From: Mobula hypostoma | Taxonomy: Eukaryota | Length of the DNA: 64,000 bases | Direction: 5' to 3' | Assembly: GCF_963921235.1 (NCBI RefSeq) | Contig: NC_086108.1 | Span: forward strand, 44,146,001 to 44,210,000 | In this document: positions 26,692 through 37,430 of the stretch, one piece after another | How positions within the stretch are numbered: the first letter of the stretch is position 1 | Layout of the letters: each line of letters starts with the position of its first letter | Translations under genes and position numbers: made by a program | The notes under the pieces: generated by a model | Databases searched by the model: none | Told to the model about the DNA's origin: nothing | The model's input: the letters and a program-made list of their open reading frames with translations, nothing else

Positions 26692-26855
26692 TACCTCTTC
26701 CTAGAGATGCTGCCTGGCCTGCTGCGTTCACCAGCAACTTTGATGTGTGTTGCTTGAACTGTAAAATAAGATGCCTTCAAAGAATACAGCTGACAAACAT
26801 AGGAATAAACCTAAGAAAATAATTCCACTTAGTGAATTGTCAAATGACAGGTTAC

Positions 26856-26922
26856 CTGGTTGCTGAGGTCCCAGGGAACAGACAATGGTACTTCAGTTTG
26901 TTTACATGAAATGATATATTTT
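26856..26922 (-). CDS. ACOT11: ACOT11 exon, 67 nt
   Basis: aatttcag|A KYIISCKQTEVPLSVPWDLSNQ|gtaacc. Confidence 0.96.
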
Positions 26923-27956
26923 CTGAAATTAAACAATAGGATTGAGATGTGAGATTACACATTGACAATTGATATAAAGAAATACTAATATAATCACAGC
27001 AATAATTACTGATTAACCTCTCTGTATCAACATTTTATGTTGGCAAGGGTATTCCTATACTTTATTGTCCTGAGAAGATGATGATGAGATTCTTGAGCTG
27101 TTATAGCTCTTCTGGTGAAGGACATTTAGTGTTGCTGGACATGAACACCCAGTGACAATGAAAGAATCTCCAAGTCAGGATGGTACGTCACTTGATTGGG
27201 AATTTATAGGTGACATTCCTATCCATCTGTTACTATTGCCCTCCTAGGTGGTGAGGGTGATGAATCTGGCGGGTTATGCCTATATTGTCATGCAGTATTT
27301 TGTGTTATACCAGTGGTGAATGGCTGCAGGTCAAGAGGGAAGAAAAGGGCATGATTCAAGGCAGTTCCTTGGACTTTAAGCTTCAAAAGTTGCTGGAGAG
27401 CCACTTATCCAAGCAAATGGAAAGCGGGCAGAAGTGGAACAGAGTGGACAACTTAACCCAAAGAGGATTCAGATTTACACACCCGGAAGGCTTCAAATGT
27501 CCGCTTGGCAAGAACTAGCATTTGTGTAGTACCTCTCCAAAGAAAAAAAACTCGAAGGCACTTTGTGATGTCAACATACACATTAGGCAGTAAGCTTCAT
27601 CGGCAAGAACCTCAATGGACTCTTTTGTAATAAATAGAGTTGTGGGCTGCTGTGGTACATATGGGGTGATGTTAGAGAGTGAGTTAGTAGCAGGCCAAGT
27701 TTATGCCCATCAGAGACTATTAACAGGTCAATGTGCACAGCAGTGGCCTCTAGCTTGTGGCAACAGGTGCTTAACATAAAACATTAATATTTATGGTAGC
27801 TTTGCTAAATGTTCACAAAGCAGTTTATTGTTTAAAGAAAATATCCTGAGACCGTGTTATCATGAAGACTACATAAAGAACTACTGTGATGTCCAAAGCT
27901 GCTGGTCACAAAAGCTGTCACAAAATCCATGAGATGAAGCATTTAAGTTTGCTGAC

Positions 27957-28012
27957 CTGTCAAGTCGGATTTTCTTCCGTGCACTTGCTTCACGGTACCT
28001 TCTTTCTCCATC
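27957..28012 (-). CDS. ACOT11: ACOT11 exon, 56 nt
   Basis: ggacag|DGERRYREASARKKIRLDR|gtcagc. Confidence 0.96.
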
Positions 28013-28554
28013 CTGTCCATGAAGCAGAGTCTGCGTTACAAAGGATCTTTTCCTACTAGTAGCTTCTCCTAGGGATCCACTTCCCTTATGTGTCGCTAGG
28101 CCCATCCATCCTGACAACACACACCTTTCCACAGGCCACTGCACCCTCAGCTGCAATATCCCACCTTATCTGGAATTCTCACAGTGAAATCTCTTCAGCT
28201 CTTCACCTTTAAAGTTGTGCCTTTAAAGCCATCTATTTGGCCAAGCTTTCTGTTACCCCTGTGAAATGCTTTATTCCATGTTAAGAATGCAGTCCAAGTA
28301 CAGGCAACAGTTGGTATTATTAACTGAGCATGCAAGGAATCAGCATTCACTGGTGTTTACTGTTGGTACCGTGCAGTTTATATAGTATGTTTAATATATA
28401 AAACAGACCACTCAGTACAATTAGACACAGCTGGTTAGTGCAGATCAACTAAATGGTCAGCTCTGCGACAACATTAATGGAACAAGAGTTCCATAAAACT
28501 AGATAATCAGAGAACTGATACTTGTTATCTGCTCAATGCTAAATTTAAAAAAAC

Positions 28555-28900
28555 AGAATCAGATTTAGTACCGCTAGCATATGTCATGAAATTAGTTGTT
28601 TTGCAGAAGCAGTACATTGCAATGCACAATAATAAAAACTATAAATTACAATAAGTATATATAAAAAGAGAAAATTAAGTAAGTAGTGAAAAAGGAGAGA
28701 AAAAATACTGAGGTAGTGTTCATGGGTTCACTGACTATTCAGAAATCTGTTGGTGGAGGGAAAGAAGCTGTTCCTGAAACACTGAGCATCTTCAGACTCC
28801 TGTACCTCCTCCTTGATGGTAGCAATGAGAAGAGGGCATTTTCTGGGTGATGGGGGGTCCTTAATGATGGATGCTGCCTTTTTGAGGCATCTCTTTTGAC
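28555..28900 (-). mobile_element. Rex/Babar-type LINE 3' end
   Basis: Reverse-complement similarity to 16980-17338. Confidence 0.7.
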
Positions 28901-29593
28901 AGACAGGTCTTCAGCTGTTTAGACTGTCTTTAAGGCAGGAGCACATGTTGTGGCACATTTTAAATGGTGGCCACACTCCAATAGCTCACACAGAAGGTGA
29001 TTTTTAATTCCAATGCCATACAAAGAATGTTTAGGGGCTAACGAACCGTGAGTGTTGGGAGCCACAATACAGAACGATCATGGTTACAAACGAGCACTTT
29101 CTAACACGGGTCACTAGGTAACAAGCTGGGACAGGGCGGGATCATTTTCTTAGCCCAGCAACACTGAAGCAAATACAAGTACCTGCTTCATTGCCCTGGT
29201 TGTACCATCTGGCTCAGTGGATATTACAATTGGGCAAGTCTGGTCTATTTTTTTTTAAACAAGCTCTGTAATCAAACTGACCTAATCTTCCAAGTGAAAA
29301 AGTACAAATTTATCTGTTCCATTGCGCTTGCTGTTTGCTCCTTTTGTACGTTTAGTTACATTAACAAATTTAACCTACAGTAAATATATTTCATGTTGTG
29401 CTCACCAATAAGGGCAACTTCTACACAACAGAAAAAATTCTTCTACAAACTCTTGGCATCAAACACAAGATCAGAGAAAATTATTTTAGAAATAGAACAA
29501 GCTAAGGCAGTTATACTAATATTCAAAATTTATGAAGTAACCTTTTATATATCTTGTACACTGGGAACTAAATCCTTATCAACCAATTTCAAC

Positions 29594-29629
29594 ACTGGAG
29601 AATGCACCCTAACAGGTGTATGTAACAAG
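29594..29629 (+). repeat. 36-bp terminal direct repeat, 5' copy
   Basis: ACTGGAGAATGCACCCTAACAGGTGTATGTAACAAG, identical to 35602-35637. Confidence 0.95.
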
Positions 29630-31260
29630 TAGTTTCTGGTCTGTACCAGTGGCTTCCAGGAAAGACTGGATGGCAACCGAGGAAGGTCGGTGACGCTGGA
29701 GAGACAGCTGCCCTCCAGGAAGGACTGGCACAGGCTCACAACGCTAGCAACCTTGTGGGCAGCATTCGCAAGAGGGCACCACTCAAGCTACAACTGAACA
29801 CGAACAGCAATACCCCCAGATTCTCCCAAGAGGGGGGGAGGATGAGAGACTCAACGGGACGGTCATACCGGCAACGGCCAGGACAGGAAACACGACTACG
29901 AGGAAGCTAAAGCAAACAACACTGATCGGAGAGGAATTCTTGGTAAGGTGTCGTTGCGGGAAAGTCTGCAAAAACATCAGAGGGCTCAAGATATACCAGA
30001 GCAGGTCTAGATGTGGGTCAATGGTGACCCACGTGCAGCGCACGGACTTAGTATCCAGTGAGACGAAGGAGAATTCCAGCCAGGAAGCTCCCCACAGAGC
30101 TGAAGATCTCTCCACAGTTGAGTCGCCTCAGCATCGAACAACAGACCTAGTGAGTTCCTCTTCCACTACCCCAATCCATTCATCAAGGAAAGACAGGATC
30201 AAATAGCATAGATCGTCAGACAACGTCACCTGGATGCAGTTCGATGATGATCTAGACGGATTAGCAGGTCCAGTACACAGAAAGATCAACTCACTCACAG
30301 CCACAGCGTACAATCTAGCAAAGGAACGATTTGGCCCAATGGAGCGGAGAAGCCAGCCGGAGTTACTGTGGCAACCAAATAGGAGGGAAACGAAGATTCG
30401 TCGCTTGAGAGGTGAATTAAAGACGCTCAACAAGAAGTTTAAAACCAGCTCACCGGCTGAAAAAGAAGGTATCAAGGACTTAACCAGTATTCTGCGGGAA
30501 AAGCTGTGCAAACTCCGGAGGGCAGAACACCTGCGACAGCAAAGAAGGAAGAAAGAGAAAAGGCGAGCACAGTTTGTGAGAGATCCATTCAGCTTCACCA
30601 GGACTCTTCTTGGCCAACAAAAATCTGGTATACTATCCAGCTCGAAGCCAGAGGTAGAGGAGTTCCTGTGGGAGGCACACAGCGACCCACAGAGGGGTCA
30701 GGGACTAGGAACCAATCGGGCTGTGTGTAGACCAGAAAAACCATCGATTGAGCTGAATGTGAAGGAACCTACATGGCAGGAAATCCAGGACATCTTCCGG
30801 AAAGCTAAAGCATCAGCTGCCCCAGGCCCAAGCGGCATACCTTATAAGGTGTATAAGAAATGCCCAAAACTTCTTTGGAGGCTGTGGAAGGTCATGAGAA
30901 AGATCTGGGTCAAAGGTACCGTTCCATCAAGTTGGAAATTGGCAGAGGGATGCTTTATTCCAAAGGAAGAGGTTTCTTCCACAATTGCCCAGTTTAGGAC
31001 AATTTCTCTCCTGGATGTGAAATGTAAGATTTTCTTTTCTGTGCTCACAAGAAGGCTGACTTGTTACATGACACAATACCGCTATATCAACACATCCATC
31101 CAGAAAGGCAGTATTCCAGGCTTTTCAGGGTGTCTGGAACACACCTCATTGATTAGCCATTTGATCTGTGAGGGCAAGCAGAAAAAAGGCGACCTAACAG
31201 TTATCTGGTTAGACCTCGTGAACACCTATGGGTCTATTCCACATGACCTCATCAGGGAAA

Positions 31261-33548
31261 TGTGCTATGGACATGTGGTCGATGTTTAGAGATCTCTTGC
31301 AGGATGTTAGGGATAAATTTTTCCCGGTGAGGAAGATAAAGAATGGTAGGGTGAAGGAACCATGGGTGACAAGTGAGGTGGAAAATCTAGTCAGGTGGAA
31401 GAAGGCAGTATACATGAGGTTTAGGAAGCAAGGATCAAATGAGTCTATTGAGGAATATAGGAAGGCAAGAAAGGAGCTTAAGAAGGGGCTGAAAAGAGCA
31501 AGAAGGGGGCATGAGAAGGCCTTGGCAAGTAGGGTAACGGAAAACCCCAAGGCATTCTTCAATTATGTGAAGCAAAAAAGGATGACAGGAGTGAAAACAA
31601 CAGGAATTCTGCAGATGCTGGAAATTCAAGCAACATACATCAAAGTTGCTGGTGAACGCAGCAGGCCAGGCAGCATCTATAGGAAGAGGCGCAGTCGACG
31701 AAGGGTCTCGGCCTGAAACGTCGACTGCGCCTCTTCCTATAGATGCTGCCTGGCCTGCTGCGTTCACCAGCAACTTTGATGTATGTTGACAGGAGTGAAG
31801 GTAGGACCGATTAGAGATAAAGGTGGGAAGATGTGCCTGGAGGCTGTGGAAGTGAGCGAGGTCCTCAATGAATACTTCTCTTCGGTATTCACCAATGAGA
31901 GGGAACTTGATGATGGTGAGGACAATATGAGTGAGGTTGATATTCTGGAGCATGTTGATATTAAGGGAGAGGAGGTGTTGGAGTTGTTAAAATATATTAG
32001 GATGGATAAGTCCCTGGGGCCTGATGGAATATTCCTCAGGCTGCTCCACAAGGCAAGGGAAGAGATTGCTGAGCCTCTGGCTTTGATCTTTATGTCCTCG
32101 TTGTCCATGGGAATAGTACCGGAGGATTGGAGGGAGGCGAATGTTGTCCCCTTGTACAAAAAAGGTCGTAGGGATAGTCCAGGTAATTATAGACCAGTGA
32201 GCCTTACATCTGTGGTGGGAAAGCTGTTGGAAAAGATTCTTAGAGATAGGATCTATGGACATTTAGAGAATCATGGTCTGATCAGGGACAGTCAGTATGG
32301 CTTTGTGAAGGGCAGATCGTGTCTAACAAGCCTGATAGAGTTCTTTGAGGAGGTGACCAGGCATATAGATGAGGGTAGTGCAGTGGATGTGATCTATATG
32401 GATTTTAGTAAGACATTTGACAAGGTTCCACACGGTAGGCTTATTCAGAAAGTCAGAAGGCATGGGATCCAGGGAAATTTGGCCAGGTGGATTCAGAATT
32501 GGCTTGCCTGCAGAAGGCAGAGGGTCGTAGTGGAGGGAGTACATTCAGATTGGAGGATTGTGACTAGTGGTGTCCCACAAGGATCTGTTCTGGGACCTCT
32601 ACTTTTCGTGATTTTTATTAACGACCTGGATGTGGGGGTAGAAGGGTGGGTTGGCAAGTTTGCAGACAACACAAAGGTTGGTGGTGTTGTAGATAGTGTA
32701 GAGGATTGTCAAAGATTGCAGAGAGACATTGATAGTATGCAGAAGTGGGCTGAGAAGTGGCAGATGGAGTTCAACCCGGAGAAGTGTGAGGTGGTACACT
32801 TTGGAAGGACAAACTCCAAGACAGAGTACAAAGTAAATGGCAGGATACTTGGTAGTGTGGAGGAGCAGAGGGATCTGGGGGTACATGTCCACAGATCCCT
32901 GAAAGTTGCCTCACAGGTGGATAGGGTAGTTAAGAAAGCTTATGGGGTGTTAGCTTTCATAAGTCGAGGGATAGAGTTTAAGAGTCGCGATGTAATGATG
33001 CAGCTCTACAAAACTCTGGTTAGGCCACACTTGGAGTATTGTGTCCAGTTCTGGTCGCTCACTATAGGAAGGATGTGGAAGCATTGGAAAGGGTACAGAG
33101 GAGATTTACCAGGATGCTGCCTGGTTTAGCGAGTATGCATTATGATCAGAGATTAAGGGAGCTAGGGCTTTACTCTTTGGAGAGAAGGAGGATGAGAGGA
33201 GACATGATAGAGGTGTATAAGATAATAAGAGGAATAGATAGAGTGGCTAGCCAGCGCCTCTTCCCCAGGGCACCACTGCTCAATACAAGAGGACATGGCT
33301 TTAAGCTAAGGGGTGGGAAGTTCAAGGGGGATATTACAGGAAGGTTCTTTACTCAGAGAGTGGTTGGTGCGTGGAATGCACTGCCTGAGTCAGTGGTGGA
33401 GGCAGATACACTAGTGAAGTTTAAGAGACTACTAGACAGGTATATGGAAGAATTTAAGGTGGGGGCTTATATGGGAGGCAGGGTTTGAGGGTCGGCACAA
33501 CATTGTGGGCCGAAGGGCCTGTACTGTGCTGTACTATTCTGTGTTCTA
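31261..33548 (+). mobile_element. 5'-truncated CR1 LINE nested in the Hero-like element
   Basis: RT motifs NYRPVSLTS, GVPQGSVLGP, KFADNTKV; frameshift near 33060; flanking GAAA duplication (31257-31260, 33549-33552). Confidence 0.93.
31596..31786. mobile_element. Short palindromic Penelope-like terminal element nested in CR1
   Basis: 13-bp TSD TGACAGGAGTGAA (31583-31595, 31787-31799); perfect 70-bp inverted arms 31631-31700 / 31719-31788. Confidence 0.9.
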
Positions 33549-35601
33549 GAAAGACTCGACCACTACTACATCCCATTGGCTATTCGAGGCATGATCACCA
33601 GCTACCTAGGGGGATTCAAACTCAGATTTACATCAGCCCATTTCACAACTAGTTGGCAGGACCTCCAGAAGGGGATTCTAACAGACTGCACCATCTCCCC
33701 CATTCTATTTATTATGGGAATGAACGTCCTATTATCAGCAGCAGAAGATGTAACCCGTGGCCCGACGCTGGAGTCAGGCATTGTTCAGCCGGCTCTATGA
33801 GCGTTCATGGACGACATCAATATAACAACTGTGTCACATGTCCAAGCAAGATGGGTATTGGAAAGCCTGGGTAATGTAGCCACTTGGGCGAGGATGTCCT
33901 TCAAGGCCAAGAAGTCCAGGTGCACGGTGATCAGAAAGGGCAAAGTTATTAGCAAGTTTAGCCTCCAAGTTCAGGGAGAGGTCATCCCTTCCATCGAAGA
34001 TAACCCGATAAAATGCTTGGGGAAGTGGTTTAATGTGTCACTGACAGATGGGGCCAATGTCACCAATGCTGTGAAGCAGACAGACGAATGGCTGAAGAAG
34101 ATCGACAAATCCAGACTTCTGGGTAAATTCAAGACCTGGCTGTACCAATACAGCATTCTGCCCAGGCTCCTCTGGCTCTTCACACTTTATGAGTTCCCCA
34201 TGACTGCCGTAGAGGGCATCGAGAGGAAAATCAACAAGCACCTGCGGAGATGCTTGGGAGTTCCCCCAAGCTTCTCTTCAGTGGGGCCTCTACATTTGTT
34301 CTGGGCAACTGCAGCTTCCCCTGTTGTGGAGGAATTCAAGGTGGCAAAATGCAGAGCCTTATTAAGCTTGAGAGATTCCAATGACATCTTGGTAAAGCAA
34401 GCAGGTGTTGTAACCAGATCTGGGCGCAAGTGGGCAGCCAACGCAGCTGTGGAGCAGGCAGTGTGTTCTCTGAAGCTGCGAGATATCATCGGCAACCCCT
34501 GCATCGGGCGGCAAGGCCTCAACTCAGTTCACTTCCAGTGGTGGGGAAACGCAAGCACAAGGAACAGGCGAGACATGGTACAGGCAGAAGTACGGATCCG
34601 TGAGGAAGTGAAGTGGATGTCAAAGGCAGTGGAAGAAGAGTCCCAGAGTGCCTGGACAAAATGGGATCTGCCTCAGCGCAAGATCTCATGGGCAGAGTTA
34701 TGGAGACTGAAGCCCTTCCGTATTTCCTTCCTCTTGCGATCCGTGTATGACACCCTTCCTTCACCACTACATCTGTACACACGGGGAATGAGAGAGGACC
34801 TGTACTGTAAGCTCTATGGTCAAAAGGGGACACAGGCTCATATACTGTCTGGGTGTAAAACAGCTCTAACTCAAGGACGGTATAGGTGGCGCCATGATAA
34901 GGTGCTTCTGGCTCTTGCTGACACACTAGAGTGGGAGAGATGCAAGAAGAGGACGGCTGGCACAGATTTGAGGAAGGCCATCACCTTCATCAAAGAGGGA
35001 GTCAGGCCTTTCGTAACCAAACAACCAAAGCCCAATCTGCTGCTAACGGCCAGGTCCTGGGAGATGAGGGTCGACATGGGAAGGAGGTTGCAGTTCCCAG
35101 ATGTGGTGCACACAACCCTACGCCCGGACATTGTACTGTGGTCAACCGAAGACAAGAAAATAATTCTGGTTGAGCTGACTGTGCCGTGGGAGGAGGGATG
35201 GGAAGAGGCCCACGAGAGAAAGGCCTTAAAGTACCAGCCCTTATTGCAGGAGTGTAAAGACAAGGGATAGCAGGCATGGTTTTTCCCTGTGGAGATCAGC
35301 TGCAGAGGTGTCCCAGCCAAATCAGCATGGCAGTCGTTGTCAGATCTGGGCCTGGACGAAAGGAGCAAAAAACAAGCAGCTTGTAGGATGGGGAAAGAGG
35401 CAGAATGAGCCTCTTGTTGGATTTGGAGTAGGCAAGAGGAGGGAAGCTGGAAGCCAGGAGCAGATGGGCAGTGATTTGACCACCACTGCCAGCCCACCAA
35501 CTGCAGAGTGTCGTGTTTAAGGGTCGAAACACTCTGTGAAGGTTGGGAACCACCTGATGACATCTGCTCCTGGCTGAAGGCTATGGTTACCTTATAAGGT
35601 A

Positions 35602-35637
35602 ACTGGAGAATGCACCCTAACAGGTGTATGTAACAAG
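35602..35637 (+). repeat. 36-bp terminal direct repeat, 3' copy
   Basis: Identical to 29594-29629; overlapped at its start by the perfect palindrome GTTACCTTATAAGGTAAC (35586-35603). Confidence 0.95.
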
Positions 35638-35798
35638 CAACACTGAATCTTAAATTGTCAACTATAAATCAGGATTTTAGATACTACATATTTGTAAGAC
35701 AATTAATTGTGAGTCAGCTATAAATCTTGCGCTGAATTACTTACAACAGAAAATTCAAAATTTCTAATATCAACCAAATGACCTGCACAAGTTTTACG

Positions 35799-36050
35799 TT
35801 TTTCACACAGAGAGTGGTGAATCTGTGGAATTCTCTGCCACAGGAAACAGTTGAGGCCAGTTCATTGGCTATATTTAAGAGGGAGATAGATATGGCCCTT
35901 GTGGCTAGGGGGATCAGGGGGTATGGAGGGAAGGGTGGTGCAGGGTTCTGAGTTGGATGATCAGCCATGATCATAATAAATGGCGGTGCAGGCTCGAAGG
36001 GCCGAATGGCCTACTCCTGCACCTATTTTCTATGTTTCTATGTTTCTATG
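35799..36050 (+). mobile_element. CR1 3'-terminal fragment (same family as 22416-23948)
   Basis: Near-identical to 23705-23950, including the (TTTCTATG)n tail. Confidence 0.9.
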
Positions 36051-36529
36051 TGACAGAGTATATCAATCAAGGCAGCCAGGGAAGCTGCTCCTACTGCCAC
36101 AGATATTCAATGCTACAATATTAACAAAATATTTTCATTTAGTGCCCACGATGTGTATAAACATCAGAAGGGATTTCACAGGATCATGATGCCAAACACA
36201 TTTTAAAAAAATTAAGGAAATATCGCTTCAGGTGACTTACAGTGTATTTTATAAGAGAAAAGAAATTTAGAGTGTTTTAGCAAGAAAACTACTTCTTTCA
36301 CAGAGATTGCAGCCACCAATTATAAATTGAAATGTGCAAGAATCCAAATTTGGGAGATATACAAGGATTTCGTGGATTTAGTTTTATTTTCTAGCAGCAA
36401 TTCTTGTATTATCATGAAACATTTCCATTAACTAAAATGATTCCACAGTGATAATCTGGTCTACCAGTAAGTAGTTTAAAACTTGCCTTTAGCAACCATG
36501 TTACAGGTTACAAACACTGGGCTTCCAGA

Positions 36530-36950
36530 GACTCATCAGATCAAAATTATTATCACTGACATACGACTTTAAATTTGTGGTTCTGCAGCTGCATTACGGG
36601 GTAAAGATTAAAACTTCTATGAACTAAAAAATTAAATTAAGTAGTGCAAAAAATTAATAATGAGGTAATGTTCATGGACTGTGCAGAATCTGATGGTAGA
36701 AGGAAGCAGCTGTTCCTGAAATATTGAGTATGGGTAGTAACGGGGAGGAAGCATGTTCCCAACGCTGAGGAATGTCACCCTCCAGAAGCATGGCCATGTG
36801 AAGATTACCTCAATGGTGGGGGGGGGCCTTGATGGAATTGGCTGAGTCTTTAACCCTCTGCAGACTCTTGCAATCCTTTGCACTGAAGGTTTCACATGAG
36901 GCTGTGAGGTGGCCAGTCAGAATGCTCTTCACCGCACACACACAGAAATG
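36530..36950 (-). mobile_element. Decayed Rex/Babar-type LINE 3' fragment
   Basis: Similarity to 9630-10000 and 28555-28900. Confidence 0.65.
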
Positions 36951-37430
36951 TGTTCCTGTGCTACACTGTTACATACAGTGGATTCCCATTAATTTGGCCA
37001 TCGGTTAATTGGGTCAGCTGCTTCTTTGGGACAACTCATAAAGAACAAAAACTAATCGAGAAATGAGCCAGGACTCCCTTCATTTATTTGGTATGCCATG
37101 CTGCCTAATTGGGACAGGAGACCGTTGCCAAATTTTCTAATCAGTGTTGGTCGCATGCACTTGCGTGGCTGTTAAGCACTACATTGCACTTAGAGTGAAC
37201 AGTTTTTAAACAGTGTCAGTTACATGAGTTTGTGTTTAAAAAGCAATGATTTTTGTCACTAATAGTCAGCGAGAAATAAGCAGTAAGACAGACTGAAACT
37301 GTTTTGCTCAGTGCACTTTCAAGCATTCTGACTTGGAGATGCCAGAAAGGGCCTTGGAACAATTTCACAACTTCAGCAAGTTAGGAACTATGAAGAATTT
37401 GAAGGTATCAACAATCATTTTGAGTGTTAC

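Larger units (their letters stand above)
25533..26755. mobile_element. Penelope-like element: fold-back (inverted) duplication of the GIY-YIG C-terminus plus pseudo-LTR
   Basis: ~570-bp inverted arms; both encode ATHFNSTSHSHSDMSIH.LLYCKDEATLRLEEQHLIFPLGSLQPD.MN.DFSNF; 14-bp TSD GAACTGTAAAATAA (25519-25532, 26756-26769). Confidence 0.9.
29594..35637 (+). mobile_element. Apparently full-length Hero/R2-superfamily non-LTR retrotransposon (Zn finger - RT - Zn knuckle - REL endonuclease), interrupted by CR1
   Basis: CRCGKVCKNIRGLKIYQSRSRC; SAAPGPSGIPY; QFRTISLLD; WLDLVNTYGSIPHDLI; AFMDD; CKLYGQKGTQAHILSGC; RHDKV; RPDIVLW..IILVELTVPWE; RKALKY. Reading frame runs ~29940-35474 with a few point stops. 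TSD CAACACTG (29590-29597, 35638-35645). The Hero clade call is inferred from motif pattern and the non-specific target. Confidence 0.9.

Noticed and set aside
25508..26822. Many overlapping 60-130 aa ORFs on both strands as novel genes
   Set aside because: They are mirror translations of the inverted Penelope-like arms and low-complexity purine/pyrimidine tracts.
29594..29629. 36-bp repeat as the target-site duplication, or as a true LTR
   Set aside because: A separate CAACACTG duplication flanks the unit; there are no TG...CA ends, PBS, PPT or integrase. Not fully excluded without the empty site.
29630..29790. HDV-like ribozyme at the 5' end, as in R2 elements
   Set aside because: I could not assign the nested double-pseudoknot pairings by eye; only simple hairpins are supported.
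31228..31716. 162-aa ORF as a fusion gene
   Set aside because: Read-through across the Hero, CR1 and Penelope-like junctions.
31691..31730. Chimeric junction as an active hammerhead with a long stem I
   Set aside because: The junction removes the essential C and U of CUGA, leaving GACGA.
34871..35563. 230-aa antisense ORF in the Hero-like element
   Set aside because: It is the antisense shadow of the REL coding region, with no recognisable motif.
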